Positions 25,445 to 40,265 of a stretch of 64,000 nt of DNA are shown here, one piece after another (within the stretch, counting starts at the first letter, position 1; the number at the start of each line of letters is the position of its first letter). A model generated the notes under the pieces. The model made no database searches. It was not told where the DNA came from and saw only the letters and a program-made list of their open reading frames with translations. This DNA is from the human T2T-CHM13v2.0 reference genome, Homo sapiens: assembly GCF_009914755.1 (NCBI RefSeq), contig NC_060931.1; one strand, written 5' to 3'. Position numbers and translations under genes: made by a program.

Positions 25445-26502
25445 AATTCTGCTGGCCTTCATACTTATAGTCAAACTAGTTTTAAATAGCAGTATCCTTT
25501 TAGACTGCTTGGGGATCCCATCTGATTAACTGATGTCATTGCTGAATCGGTGGTTAAATAACTCAGTTGTTAACTATTTTAATTTGTATATATGTGCATG
25601 TACATGAGGTAAGATGAAAAGATAAATGGGTGGCAAAGCCACCTGTTGCATGGATGTATTTGGTTCAGTCAAACCATACATAGCTTCACATAAGTAGTTT
25701 CTAAGCAATGAATGAATTTTAAAAAATATTCAGACCTTGACATTAAAAATAACCAGGTCTATAGACCTCTGTTATATTGTCTCCCTTAAAATAATGTTGA
25801 ATTAATTTTAATTTTCTAACTGGCATGACTCATAGCTTAAATGTTTTAATTTATCATAAGGACAAAGCAAAAGTTTTAATCAGAAATATAATTTAATTAT
25901 TGCAAATGTAATGGTTGGTCAATTACTAGTGGCCATTTTTTCTTTTTTTTTTTATTTTAGCCTCATAAATAGTCATCTGGCATTAAATATTTGTGATCTA
26001 GGCCAGTAACCTTTTTCAGTCTCACAGGACCTTTTTTAATTAAACTATGTCTTTGTCCCATGTCTGTAATCCTCTCACTGACATTTTATATACAAGACAC
26101 CTTGCTGAAAAAAGGTCAAGCAGTACAGTTATAAATGGAAAAGAGATTAAAAGAATTCTCAAGCCATGGTGTGATCTAAGAGCAAGTTAAATATGGAGCA
26201 GGTCTTAGTAGACATGCTCAGTAGACAAGGAGGAATCCTCTGGGTAGATTTTAATGATTGGGGCAGGAAAGCAAATGAAAATTATTTTCATGGCAAAAAT
26301 AAAAAAAAGCACATTTTTCATAGGCCACAATAATTACTGTAAAAGCCCACCATAAGGTTTTAGTAGCCATAAAATGTTCAGGAAAACAATTGCAAAATAC
26401 ATTCACAGTGTTTGTATAATTCTTGCCTACAAAGACATTTTTGTTGCTCCAGTAAACCTGGCAAATGTCAGTCTAGTGTTAAGGTTAATTAACCCTAGAA
26501 GT

Positions 26503-26533
<31 letters not shown>

Positions 26534-29329
26534 GAAAGAAAAGTTGAAACATATATGTATCAATGAAGAATAAGAACAAAATTCAAAAACTGAGTAAAGA
26601 AGTGGGAGTAAGCAAATGCCACATTACTGAAAATTCTATTTTTACCTATATGTTGAATAGTAGTTATCGTGTTTGAAAGGTAAATACATTTACAGAAGTG
26701 AGTTACATTATTATCACCGGAACATTAAGCAGAAATTGAAAACGGATTTTCCCCCCTTAATATTCTCCAGCTGGCATGTTATGACTAAAACTTGCTGAAT
26801 CCATGCCACACTGTGATGCATTTAATGGTGTACATGGGTACAACTAAACAATACATTACTTGTAGTGTCTGAAATAACCCAGCAAAGCATGGTACTCAAG
26901 TGCTGAAATACCACTGTCTGCTTCTCAAAGGTTGCTTAGTTATACCAAAGAGGCCAACCTTCTCTGAAAAGCCTTAACTGCTAATTTCTTTCTGTCACTT
27001 TTATATAGTCCAGTCATAAACGTGTACTCTTTTGTTCCTATGCCATCAGAATGGTGTTATTTAGATGTTAATGCAAGAGGCAAAGCAGTTGACACGGGAG
27101 CTTTAATCATAGGACTTGATTAGTGCTTTCAAGGTTCTTAGTGTTTTGTTTATAAACAGTATATTTGGTTCAGTCAAACGTCTCTTAATTTCTAAAAAAA
27201 GAAAAGAGGACAAAAAATACAATAAACTGAAACTAGAGCTTTAACTCTGACTTAAGCTAAACCTCTGCGGGTGTTTCCCAGGCTTTGGGTTTCTGGGTGG
27301 AATCTTTGTCGGTGCTAAATGGAAAGGTTACTGTCTGCATCCTTCAGCTATTATAAGACTGCTGGCAGGGACTGAACTCTCAGGATCCAGCAGACCATTC
27401 CCTGTCCAAAGTAACTGGATGCTGTGTTTCAGAAATGTGATAGTTGACAGGCTGACATTATGACGCTTGTAACCCAGCCTGTGTCCCAAGCTTCAAATCA
27501 GCTATCAATTCAAACAATAAGAACAGTTTCTAGACATAAAAACCTGGAGGTTGTTTTGCTTGTACATTTGCTTAGTGGAAAAACATTTTATCTTAGTAAT
27601 GTGGGTTATGTTTCTAAAAATCAGGCAACTTAAACCAGCTCATTGAATTCACTTGGTTATTTTCAGCATGTTCTACTGGAATTCAGCTTTTTTTTTTCTT
27701 TTCAGATGATTTGTTCCTCTGGATATAATTATAGACCTTAACCAGTTGAAAAGACAGAACAATTCAGTTAATAAAATAGTTGCTTTTTCTGAATGAAAAC
27801 TTCCAACCAATTTTCTGAACTGACAGAAATGACTATTTTGCCATTGGTCATGTTGAGCTATTGGTATGCAAACTATGTTAACTTTTGTCTGAAATAAGTC
27901 AAAATGAACCTAGGCAGTCAAGACAAATTGAGTATTTGATAAATGATTTTTTTTCAGTTTACTTTCTTAATAGCTTCACCTGTAAAATAGTCAGAAACAA
28001 CTTAGTAGGAGGTAAATTATGAAAAATAATCTATTGAATTATATATTCTGTGCAAAGCACTTCTTCTCAATGCCTCATTATTACTGTTGTTATCATTGTT
28101 GGCAGGTTGAAGCTCAGGAAACTAAGATTTGAGAGAGGTTATATAATTTGCCTAAGGTCATAAAAATAGTAAGTTGGTTTATGTCCAAACTCATGTTTTC
28201 CCACTTACAATACTCTCCTCCATTTCATAAACTGTCTGCACTGTCATCAAGAATAATAATATTAAAATATAAATTTATGATTTATGAACTTTCCCATTTA
28301 CATCATTTTACCTAGCTATAATAGACAAGGCTTTTAGTTTTATTTCATCCATAGACCAATAAAGTAAACAGTTGAGAATATCAAATATTGGCATATGTTA
28401 AAATTATATTCGAGGAGTTGTGTTTAAAAAGAAAAGCATGTATATTGTATTCTAATGCATGGGCTTATATATAGGAAATAGAATTTAAAAGTATAAATTT
28501 AGAATGTCTATGTAATGAGTTATCATTGAGAGTATTTCCTTCTGCTTCATAAAAAATGTAATTTTCCACAACTCTGAAGATATTCAGCAAAATATATTCA
28601 CTACCAGAAAAAGAACAAAATGTTTGTGATGTGGTAAATACACCAGGAGTTTGCTAGATGGTGCTGCAACATATATTTGTAAAACTCTACTAAATGTGTC
28701 TGAATAGGAAATTTTCTTGCAATTAGAAATATTCAGACCTATATTTATATTTAAAGTTGTCTATGATATCAGATTCACTGTTAGATTTCAATCTTCATTT
28801 TTATTTAATTTACCCTATATTTAACAAATTCGTTTTTGTTATTATAGGCTATTTTAACATATCCTGGGCACAATAAGCCACTGCAGAATAGCAAAGTTCA
28901 ATTTCTTATATTATGTTTCTTGCAATAAAGATTTTTTCCAGCTATACTAGTAGCACCTGAGCATAATGCAAAATAAAATGATTTAATTTTAAATGTACTA
29001 ATAATTCAGTATAAACTAAAACTACTTTAGAGTCCTTACTAATCTGAATTATAAAGCTATCTCTTATTTATGGCATTTGAAAATCTTAAATACATGTGTG
29101 TTAATTAAATAGATTTAAAGCAACATAAAAAGAAGTGTTTCACTGTTTTAAAAACTTTAATTTTAAAATATCAACAATATCAGAACTATGGCTCTTAACC
29201 TTAATTGTGCATTTGTGCCGGCCAACCTACATGCTAGACAATCTTCTGCATAATTAAGTCTCAGTACTGGAGAAGTAGTGGCTACTTATAAAAAAAAGAA
29301 TGCATTAATACCCTTATTTCAAAAGGCTT

Positions 29330-29545
29330 CAGAGAGACTGTGTCTTTCTTGCTCTTCCGTCTTCTATCTTTGAGGATACAGCAACAAGTCGCCATCTTGG
29401 AAGCAGGGAAACTGTGCCCTCCCCAGACATGAAAAGCTGATCCAGGACTTATAGCTTTCAGAACTGTGAGAAATATATTTCTATTGATTATAAATTACAC
29501 AGTCTGTGGTATTTTGTTATAACATCAAAAGTGGACTAAAACACC
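29330..29545 (+). mobile_element. MLT1 MaLR LTR, 3' part
   Basis: GCCATCTTGGAAGCAG...CAGAACTGTGAGAAATA...TATAAATTAC..GTCTGTGGTATTTTGTTATA. Confidence 0.7.
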
Positions 29546-31500
29546 TATGCTATGAGAAAGATAGTTTAGCTTTATTGATATTAGAAAAAGTAGATTTTAA
29601 ACCAAAAAGAGTTACTAAAAATAAATAGGATATTTCCTAATGTTATCTTCTACCATGAAGGGAAAATTGTTCTAAATTTGTATGCACTTGATAATAGTTT
29701 CAAAACTATAAATAAGAAAGCTACATAAATAAAAAGCAGTAAAATCTACAGTCAAGTTACAAGAAAATTCTAACACTTTCCTCAGTTATTGAAAGAATAT
29801 GTAGATAAAACCATGACTAATTATAATAAGCAAACTTGGCCATAATGAACATATAGGGAACACTGAATACAATTGCAGAATATTTTTGAGTGCATGGAAA
29901 TCATTTAACAAAATTTACCTTATTCTGAAATGTATCAATTCTCTAACAAACTAAGATTAAAATCGCACAGTGAAATAAAGTTAAATATCAGTAAGAAATA
30001 TATAAAAGGCAACTAGAGGCCAGGCACAGTGGCTCATGCTTGTAATTCCAGCACTTTGGGAGGCCGAGGCTGGTGGATCACGAGGTCAGGAGTTCAAGAC
30101 CAGCCTGGCCAACATGGTAAAACTCTGTCTCTACTAAAAAAAAAAAAAAAAAAAAAACAAAAATTAGCCAAGGGTGGTGGCACATGCCTGTAGTCCCAGC
30201 TACTCAGGAGGCTGAGTCAGGAGACTTGCTTGAACCCAGGAGGCAGAGGTTGCAGTGAGCTGAGATTGTGCCACTGAACTCCAGCCTGGGTGACAGAGCA
30301 AGAAAAAAAAAAGAGGGCAACTAGAAATGCATCCAAATGTTTAAATATTAAGCAATTATTTCTGGATAATCACTGGATAAAAGAAATCACAAGGAAGGTT
30401 AGAAAATATTTTGACTGGATAATAAAGCAAACATATATCACATCTTGTGGGGTATCTCTAAAATGATAATTTGAATGTGTTTATGCCAATAAATCTGAGA
30501 CTTTTTATGAACAAAGAACTCCTAAAATAATACAATTTTTGAAAACTGACCAGAATGAAATAAAAAATCTAAATTACTTGGTATCCAATTAAAAAAACAC
30601 ATGTGTAATTAAAAACATTTCTCAAAAGAAAATTTTAGGCTCTATTGGCATCTGCAGTAAATATTTCCAACATAAGAAGTAACACCAAACTTACAGAAAC
30701 TCTTTCAGAGCATAGAACAAGAAGAAACGTTCCCCAACATATAAGGCAAATAACTTTGAGATGAAAATCTGACAAAAGCATTGTAAGAAAGCATAATTAT
30801 AGGATAATCTATCTCATGACTACAGATATAAAAATTTTCAAGAAATTATTAGCCAAAAGAATTTCCAGAGCTAAGGTACAAATGTCGCCACTTTCCCGAT
30901 ACCAACAATAAACAAGTAGAACTTGAAATTTAAAACACAGCACCATTTACATTAAGACCCCACAAAATAAATATTTAGGTGTAAATCTAACACAATATGT
31001 GCAAGATCTATTTGAAGAATACTATAAAAATCTGATAAAAGAAATCAAAGAACTAAATAAATGAAGAGATATTCGATGTTCATGGATAGGAAGATTAAAG
31101 ACTGTCAAGATGTCAGTTCTTCCAAACTTGATCTGTAGATTCAATTTAATCCAAATAAAGATCCCAGCAAGTTATTTTGTGGAGATCGATAAACTGATTC
31201 TAATTTTAATATGGAGATGCAAAAGACTCAGAATAGCCAACTCAATGTTGAAGAAAAGAAAAAAGTTGGAGGACTGGCACTACCCAACTTCAAGATTTGC
31301 CATAAAGCTACAGTAATCAAGACCATGTGGTATTCATGACAGAATAGACAAATGGATCAATGGAACAGAACAGACAGCCTCAAAGTAGACCTACACAAAT
31401 ATAGTTAACTGATCTATGACAAAGGAACAAAGGTGATACAATGGAGAAAAAATAATCTTTTCAACAAATGGTGCTGGAATAACTAGACATCTATGTGTTC
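29546..31500 (+). mobile_element. Old L1M ORF2 fragments (two ages), with an AluSg inside
   Basis: ORF 31110-31316 (MSVLPNLICRFNLIQIKIP) is L1 ORF2-like; degenerate endonuclease/RT-region homology upstream. Confidence 0.7.
30018..30312 (+). mobile_element. AluSg-like element with an expanded central A-run
   Basis: GGATCACGAGGTCAGGAGTTC diagnostic; TSD GGCAACTAGA at 30008-30017 and 30316-30325. Confidence 0.9.
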
Positions 31501-32492
31501 TCAAAATGAAAATCTAAGAGTAATTCTAATAAGTAAGACTACACAAAAAAGTACAAAACATTATTAAGAGAAATTAAAGGAGCTACATATTTTCTGGGTT
31601 CAACTTTATACAGACACACCCATAACATGCATATAAATAAAATTTCATAACTTTGTTCTGTCTTCCCTGTTGCCTAAAACCTTTCTAAGTCAGATTTATC
31701 TTAAATATATGTAGTCATATTTAGTGATGATCTTTCTGATTCAGACTTCAATAACTTCCTTGGACAAATAAATTAACCTATGCAATTAAAAAAATCATTA
31801 CCCCTAATTATTCCTTTAGTTGGTGAGGTAATTTCATCTTTAAGATTTCCACACTAAATGCAAAGCCTCTGGTCAGGGTGCGATATCAAGCTACATTTTG
31901 CTAATACCTCAGATAACAGGAAAGTACAATCAGAATAGATTGGGGTGCAGGAGAGGAAGAATACAGGAGAGAGGAGGGGTTTAAAGACAAGCATTTCATA
32001 ATGCTTCACAAACCCTGCTCACACCATACAGATCCTTTTATTAAAATTAATTCTCACTTATTACAGCTAAGAAATAAAGAAAGGGAATACTTATTTACTA
32101 AGGTATGTTTCTTAGAGAAAAAAACACAAAGGCTACTATAGAGATCTTGCTTTCTTTTAAATGATCATATCCTATTTTCCTCTACAGCCCCATTCTTGAC
32201 CCACAAATCAGTTCCACTGCCCTCTTCTGAATATCATGAATATTATTAATATAAAACTGTAACTTAGTTAATTTTGTTTTCTCAACACATACAAATTTCA
32301 GTATTTAAGACATGTATTATGTTATATAGGCTATACATTCCACAGTCCCAAAGCAGGAAATAACGTGTTTTTCAATGTCATTCTTTGTGGGATATAATTA
32401 TTATAATGTTATATTGTAGATACTCAGGAACCATGACTCTGGTCATAATCTTGAAACTTCTCAGAGATTCCAGTATTTGAAGAATAGAAAAG

Positions 32493-32494
<2 letters not shown>

Positions 32495-32546
<52 letters not shown>
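32495..32546. repeat. (TA)n microsatellite, ~26 units
   Basis: Direct inspection. Confidence 0.95.
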
Positions 32547-32550
<4 letters not shown>

Positions 32551-35173
32551 CTAACCCAGTCATATTACAGATGAGGAAACTGGCGTTTCCTCTTCTAAAA
32601 GCACAAAGTTATCCATGATGAAGAGCCTAGAATCCTGCCTCACTGGCCCAATCCTTGAAGTGTTCTTTTGTGGTGAATAAAAATCATTCATTTTTTTTCT
32701 CGCCTTTGCCAAGTGAATGTTTCATTGTTCAGCTGAGCTGGCAGAACAGATGAAGGCAAAAGAGGCAATACTCAGGAGCACAGTTACTGATAAATAATTG
32801 CAACAAGGACATTATAATTATTTAATTAAAATCTGCGCATGGGGAGAGATTATGAGTCTTTCAGCTTGCTACCTCATTTAGATGATACTAGTCATTAACC
32901 AATTTAGCTGGAGTCAGTGCCTAAATGTCCACATGCTCCACTTTATCTTTGAAACCTGTGCAGTCAGCAGCCATGGCTGCATGCTCTGTATCCTGCTGCT
33001 GGTGCACACAGGCACACTCTCTAATAGCTTAAGAGACACTTGAATGTCTTAACTACCCATAGCCATCTCATAAACCTTCTCTGGAATTCTGAAGATTTTC
33101 CTTTGAAACAGTGCCCAGAATTTTTGGAGGAATTTATTCTTATTAAGAACACAATAGAACTTCTGTGAAAAAAAATAGAAATTAACAGAATCAGGTCAGT
33201 TTGAAGCTCCCTCTAAAAGTGCTTCTTTTCTGATGTATTGAAAGGAACATGTTTTAACAAAAAGGACTCACCTATATGGTAGTTCTATGCCACCAATCCC
33301 AAAGACGATTCTCTGGTAAGACTCTGGAGTATCAGTGTTTGGATCCCCACATGGACATTAAAGTTCCTGTTCTTCAACTGTTTCCATTAAAAGAAAGAAA
33401 AGAAAAAGGAGAACTTTATTCTTACTACTGATGAGACTGATGGGACAAAGGAGATAAGGGGGGGAAGCATTGATGTTAATTTGTTATTGGATCTCTCTCT
33501 CACTTTCTCTTTCTTTATTTATTTTGGTCTTACTTTGATAAGTCATTTGTTTTACTCTGCCATGGCCCAATTCTGCAGATATGTTTCTAAAAATGTAACA
33601 AATTACTTTGTTTCTAAAATCAGCTTGAAGTAGGACACCCTTGCAAATCAATAAGTCCCAGAGGCACAGTACCTAAGAAAAATAAGACAACTAGAACTGT
33701 GGTCAAGACCCTTCTTTGATCCTTGAAAATGTAATATGATGTGACCACCCAAACTGGTAATTCATCTCCAGGAACTTGAGAAGGAATGGCAATTTTGAAA
33801 TTGTATGCAATCTAAAGAAGTTATGTAGACAAGGTCTTAGGTCTTTTAAGGCCTCCCCATAATATAAATTTCACGAATCCTAAATGTTGCAAATATGGTG
33901 AAACGTACAAAAAACAAACATACCAATACATTTTTGGGATGCTTAATTTATCCCAACCCCTTTATTGGCATAGAAGAGGAATATGTTGTCCATCTAGGAG
34001 AAATTAGATCTGGACTAAGCAGAAAGGACTCAGACTTTTAGGGTCTGTTTTATCTATTTTAATAATCACTTATTGATATGTAGGTTCATATGTCTTTCTC
34101 TGTACATTTCTTCGTATGTAAAAACCTACCTTCCCTATTCTCTCTTATTAATACATCTTCTGCTACAGCAACTGTCCCTACTTCCAGGAACCAATCTAGT
34201 TTCTGTCTTGGGGATTTAGCCCTTGTACTTCTCTAACCTGGAATATGCTCTTTTTACAGACTTTCAAATTTCTAGCTCCTTTTTGTCATTTATTAACTTA
34301 AACATTACCTCCTCAGAGAGGCGTTCCCTTACCACCCCATTTAAAGTATGTAACCACCTCTTATTCTGCATCAAAACATCTTGTTTGTTACCTTTCTATC
34401 ACTCATCAGTATTTTTAACTACATAAGCATTTATTTTATTACTCATATATGCACTGTGTATCTGTGACTTTAAGCTCCACAAATAGAAATGCCATATTGG
34501 TCTTACCCATTTCTGTAGTATCATTATCTGGCACAGTATATGAATGAATAAATGAATGAAACTCAAACAATTTAGAAGTATTAAACAGAAAGCTTCATTT
34601 AAATAACTTTGCTCCTTTTTTGTTTTCTCTTTTAATCTGAGAGGCTTAAATTATAGACTAGTGATCGAATATAATTGACAAGTATTGTCTAGATCTCAAT
34701 ACATTACTATGTAACTTTCATCCTTATTCCTACGATATACTTTGTTTCTTTTGATTGTTTGGTATTTTTCTTCAGCGAATTTCATTTTTATGTTTGACCA
34801 CTTCTCTAATTGAATGATATGATTAAAATTTGAACACTGTCTCACAAAAATAATATAATACGTTATTTTAATTTACCTTTATTTTTACTATTTCTTTATT
34901 TTATTGGGATCTTGATTTTTATTACTTCTTTATTTTGCTTGATCTCTATCATTTCCCTCAAAGAAGTCTTCAACTGCTCGTCCAGCTCAAAATTCTCAAG
35001 TCAATCATTATAGAATCCATGCTTACTTATAAGATTACTTTTGCAATAAATAAAGACTGAGAAAAATTTTCTGGTAATTAGCCTGTTATATGAAGTTTTT
35101 AAAATTAGGATATTCCTCTTCTTAAAGTAGGCACATATCATTTAGACTAATAATTAAAAATTAAGATCTTTCT

Positions 35174-37044
35174 GGTGCCACAAGCACACAATGGGGAAAG
35201 GACAATCTCTTCAACAAATGGTGCTGAAAAAGCTGAATATCCATATACAGAAGAATGAAAATAGACCCTTATCTCAGCCTTATCCAAGAATCAACACAAA
35301 AATGGATTATAGACCTAAACACAAGGCCTAAAAACTATAAAACCAGTAGAGCAAAACAGAAGGGAAATGCTCCATGACATTGGACTGCAATGATGTTTGG
35401 ATATGACCCCAAAAAGCACTGGCAATGAAAGTAAAAATAGGTAAATGGTATTTCATTAAACTAAAAAGTTTTTCCACAGCAAAGAAAACAATTGATAAAG
35501 TCAAAAGACAACCCACAGATTGGGAGAAAATATTTTCAAATCATACATCAGTAAAGGGACTAATAAGCAAAATGTACAAGGAACTTAAACTACTCTATAA
35601 CAAGAAAACAAATAACCCTATCTAAAAATGGGCAAATAACTTTGTTATAGTTTGGCGGTTTCCCCATCCAAATCTAATCATGAATTGTAGCTCCCATAAT
35701 TCCCACGTGTTGTTGGAGGGATCCAGTGGGAGACAATTGAATCATGGGGGCAGTTTCCCTCATACTGTTCTCATGGTAGTGAATAAGTCTCACGAGATCT
35801 GATGGTTTTATGAGGGGACACCTTTTTTGCTTGGTTCTCACTTCTCTCTTGGCTGCTGCCATGTAAGACATGACTTTTCTCTTTCTTTGCCGTCTGTCAT
35901 GATTGTGAGGCCTCCCCAGCCACATGGAGCCATGAGTCCATTAAACTTCTTTTTCTTTATAAATTACCCTGTCTTGGGTATGTCTTTATTAGCAGCATGA
36001 GAACAGACTAATATAGACTTGAGTAAACATTTCTCATAAAAAGACATATGAATGGCCAACAGATACATGAGAAAAATACTCAACATCTCTAATCATTAGA
36101 AAAATGCAAATTAAGTTACAATGAGCTATCACTTGACATCTGTTAGTATGGCTACTATTAAAAGATGAAAAATAACAAGTGCTGGAGAGGATGCAAAAGA
36201 AAAATAATCCTTATTCCCAGTACTGATATTTTAAATTAATACAGCCATTGTGGAAAACAGTATGGAGGTTCCTCAGAAAACTAAAAATAGAATTACCGTA
36301 TGATCCAATAATCTTACTACAGGGTATATAGCCAAAGGAACTGAAATAAGTATGTCAAAGACATGACTGCACTCTCATGTTCATTGCAGCATTATTCACA
36401 GTAGCCAAGATATGGAAACCACCTTAGTGTCCAACACAGAAGAATGGATTTTTAAAATGTGGTATGTGTATACATATATATCCATATGAAATACTAACAC
36501 AATATACTATGCTATTATAGGATAGTATACTATAATACTAATAGTATATAGAATGCTATTCAGTCTTTAAGAAACTAAAATTTTGTTCATTTGTGACAAC
36601 ATGGATAAATCTAGAAGCCATTATAAGTAAAGTAAGCCAGGCACAGAGAGACAAATACAGTATGAACCCATGTGGAATCTAAAAAGTAAAATTCATAGAG
36701 GTTAAGTAGAATGGTGGCTACCAAAGGTTGGAGTTGGTGTGGCTGGAGAAAAGGGAGATATGAGTTAAGAGGTATAAAGTTTCAGTTAGGTAAGAGGAGT
36801 AAGTTCTGGTGTTCCATTGCGCAGCACAGTGACAACAGTTAATATGAAATGATGTACTGTATATTTCAAAATAGCTAAAAGGGAGGATTTTAAATGATCT
36901 CACCACAAAGAAATTATATTTGAGGTGATGAATATGCTAATTAGCTTGATGCATTCCACAATGTATACATGTATGGAAACATCATATTGTACCCTATAAA
37001 TATATACAATTATTATTTATCAATTAAAAACAAAATAAAACTTT
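35174..37044 (+). mobile_element. 5'-truncated L1MA with preserved TSD, interrupted by THE1B
   Basis: ORF 35425-35625 is L1 ORF2-like; 18-bp TSD AAAAATTAAGA(T/C)CTTTCT at 35156-35173 and 37045-37062. Confidence 0.85.
35643..36015 (+). mobile_element. THE1B-like MaLR solo LTR
   Basis: GTAGCTCCCATAATTCCCACGTGTTG...GAATAAGTCTCACGAGATCTGATGG...ACAGACTAATA; TSD (A/G)ACTT. Confidence 0.88.
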
Positions 37045-37717
37045 AAAAATTAAGACCTTTCTAAATCAGTTTGTTTGCTCATTGTATAATAACCTGAAAA
37101 ATGTTTAAATTAACATATAAACTGTATTACCATTTAAAATAATAAACAAGCTTTGAACAATATTTATTATTTTGTTTGCAGTTTCATGTATACCTGAGAC
37201 AGGTATGAGAGTACTATTTATAAGTAAGAACAAAGACAATTCTAGAGCCAAATATATATATAGTTCTTCAATTATTCATTATTTTGAATTTTCTATTAAT
37301 ATCCCCTGGTCAGAGACATGAATACTTATGTTTGCTTAAATGTTTCATTTTGTTATTTTTATCAAAGCATTTAATGAAGACCAAAAAGTCACCAGGAAAT
37401 AAAAAAACACATAAATAGTACTAGGAAGCCAAATATCATAATTTTACCCTGTATGTAAGTATTTCCACATTATGTCATCTCGCTGCCTCAAGATGGTGAG
37501 CATCATGAAAGAAACAATTTTTTCTCATTCTTGTTTGTATCCCTGAAGTTCCTACTCAAAGCCTTGGTCCTATAACTACTCATTCATTTGTTGAAAAGGG
37601 TTGAATTAAAACTCCCTGCGTTGTGAATTACCAGCTTTAAAAATGTATAAGATTTATCTGAAACTTTTAAAGTGAAAGCTCACTGAAACCATGGAGACTC
37701 TAAAATCTCAGTATATA

Positions 37718-37956
37718 CAGTCCTCCCTGGGTATATGCAAGTGATTTGTTCTAGTACCCCCCACATATGCCAAACTCCAGGTATGCACAAGCCTCATAGT
37801 CGCCCACAGAACCCATATATACAAAAAATCAGCCCTCCGTAAATATGGATTTCACATTCCAGGAATACTGTACTTTCAATCTGTATTTGGTTCAAAAAGA
37901 AATTGTGTATAAATGGATCTCTGCAGTTCAGACCCGTGTTGTGCAAGGGTCAACTT
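37718..37956 (+). mobile_element. MER8 (Tigger-family MITE)
   Basis: TA-CAGTC..CCCT left end and GCAGTTCAGACCCGTGTTGTGCAAGGGTCAACT right end; ~240 bp. Confidence 0.75.
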
Positions 37957-40265
37957 TATATCCATATTGTTATTACAAAATTTATGCATGTTGTGTTTCC
38001 AATCTAAACCAATTGCATGATAGAAATAGGCTTTCTCCAAACAACCTATTCAGAACATATATCCATTTCAAAAATAACACCATTTTGGAAACCTGTGCAG
38101 TTAGACTCTACAACATACAAGAGATTAGCCAATCCAGAAGGAACCCACATCCACTTACAAACCTTTAACACAAATCAGCAGCAAAAAGGGCTGAAAAAAA
38201 AAAAACTGTAGCTAGTAACACAGTGGATCTCATGCAGATAAACTGGCATTACAGTTTCTGAAATATCACTGCAAAGTTTTGCTTCTCAACTTGGGGTCGA
38301 CTCTCTCTATTAAGGTAACCTCATGGGAGATGTTATTACATCACCTTCTACGTGTGATCTGCACACGGTTATTAAAGACCTTTAAATCTAATGTGCAATG
38401 ACCTCTTGAACATTTGCACTCACTGGTGGTTTCCAATTTCTTCTATGTCAAATGGTGACCTTAATATTCTATTTCATGGATATAACTACTAGAATTGAGC
38501 TGACATGATAAATGACTATTCTTGCAACCCCTGGTCATATTTTTTATTTTTCAGAGATTCAGTTGATAGTTTGGTCTTTTCTTCTCCTTTTAAATGGTGA
38601 TTTCATTGTTAATTTGCATGCCCCTAAAAAAAAAAAAAAGAAATGCTCAAATAATTTAATTAGCAGAAACAATCTCTGTATTTTGTGATTTAATACTATT
38701 GATCAGCTTCTTTGATTTTTTTTAAAATTAATTCAGGAATAGTGTATGCAACTGCATCTGCTCATGATATCTAAAAATCTATCATCTTCCATATTTGAAA
38801 ATTTTATCATTTACCCTTTCCTACTCAGTCCTACAGCTCTCATGCTTGCCTCCAAATATTTTTAAATGCTCTTACGGTTTACATTACTATCTAGAATTTT
38901 TCCTCTAGGCCTGACTCTCACCATGGATTAGTTTCAACAGTGTATCTTTCTTATTGAAGTTTATCTTCCCACTACCTGATACTAAGCCTGCTATCCTCAA
39001 AGTGTCTGTCATTGGTTATTATCAGGGGCAAAATAGCTTTTTTCCTAGCTTATTACAATAAAAAAATAGAGATTCATCCCTTAGTTATATCCACATAAAT
39101 TATCTATATTGCCTGAAGGATTATTTTTTATTTTCCAAGATTTTAGCAACCCTAATTAACATTTGATGTTTAGTCTATCTGTCAGTTAGCTTACTGAATT
39201 TGTAGCTATATGTTTGCCTAAGTAAACTTGATATGCAGCTACAAGATAGATGAGAGTTTTTAATGTTAATGTCTTTCTATTATTTAAAAACTAAAAGGCT
39301 AAATGCTACAGTCAAAAACTAAGCTATATCCTAAATTATTAATTTGTTTCCATTCAGATATCATCAATAGAACATTTTATAATCTGAAACAAATAGTATG
39401 TTGTATGATCATTAAATTTTACTGAAAGAGTTAAAGCATTTTCTAAGTGTCTTTTAAGTGTTTATGCCCTGTACACATCAAAAAATAGCTTATTTAGCTT
39501 GACAAACATAGCCAAATATGTATTTAAGCTATTTTGAAAATAATGGAAAAATATTATTAATAGCTGTTATCTCTTGTGGGGTATGGTGAATAGTAATTTA
39601 GGGCAGGTGAGAGCAAAGCAATTTAACATTTCCCTTGTTGGTTCCTTTGACCTACTAGTTTGGAGGTCTCTGCAACACCCTTGAGCTTTTTCCACAGGAT
39701 AAAGCGATAGTTGCTAAGACTTTGCCAAAACGTTCTCTATTTCACTGTTAGGTTCTACTTGTATCTTTTTCAGGTATTTATTTTTAATATATTCCTGTCT
39801 CCAAGAAGAAAAAAATTATATGCACACATGCACACACACACATATTAGCTTCTTTAGACATCAACTACCTCTAGATTGAAGTTAGTATTGCACAAAGGAA
39901 TGATGCCCTCGAAGACAATCTTGTGTAATAATCCATGTGTCTGATGGAAGAAGTATAGTTGGCCCTGGAACGACATGGGTTTGAACTGCATGGGTCCACT
40001 TATATGTGAACTTTTTACAATAGAAGTTATACCAAGTGTGCCTGCCTCTCCTTCCCCCACTTCTGCCTCCTGCACCTCTTCCACCCTGACACAGCAAGAT
40101 CAAAACCTTCTCTTCCTCTACTTCCTCAGCCAACTCTACATGAAAATGATGTTTATTTATGGTCCACTTTCACTTAATGAGTAGTAAATATATTTTCTCT
40201 TTTTTGTGATTTTCTTAATAATATTTTCTTTTCTCTGGTTTACTTTATTATAAGAACACAGTATA

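Noticed and set aside
26503-26545. Isolated poly(A) run as a processed pseudogene tail
   Set aside because: No adjacent TSD, poly(A) signal or mRNA-like body found.
28651-28667. TTGCTAGATGGTGCTG, CTCF-like
   Set aside because: Lacks the conserved CC at the start of the core.
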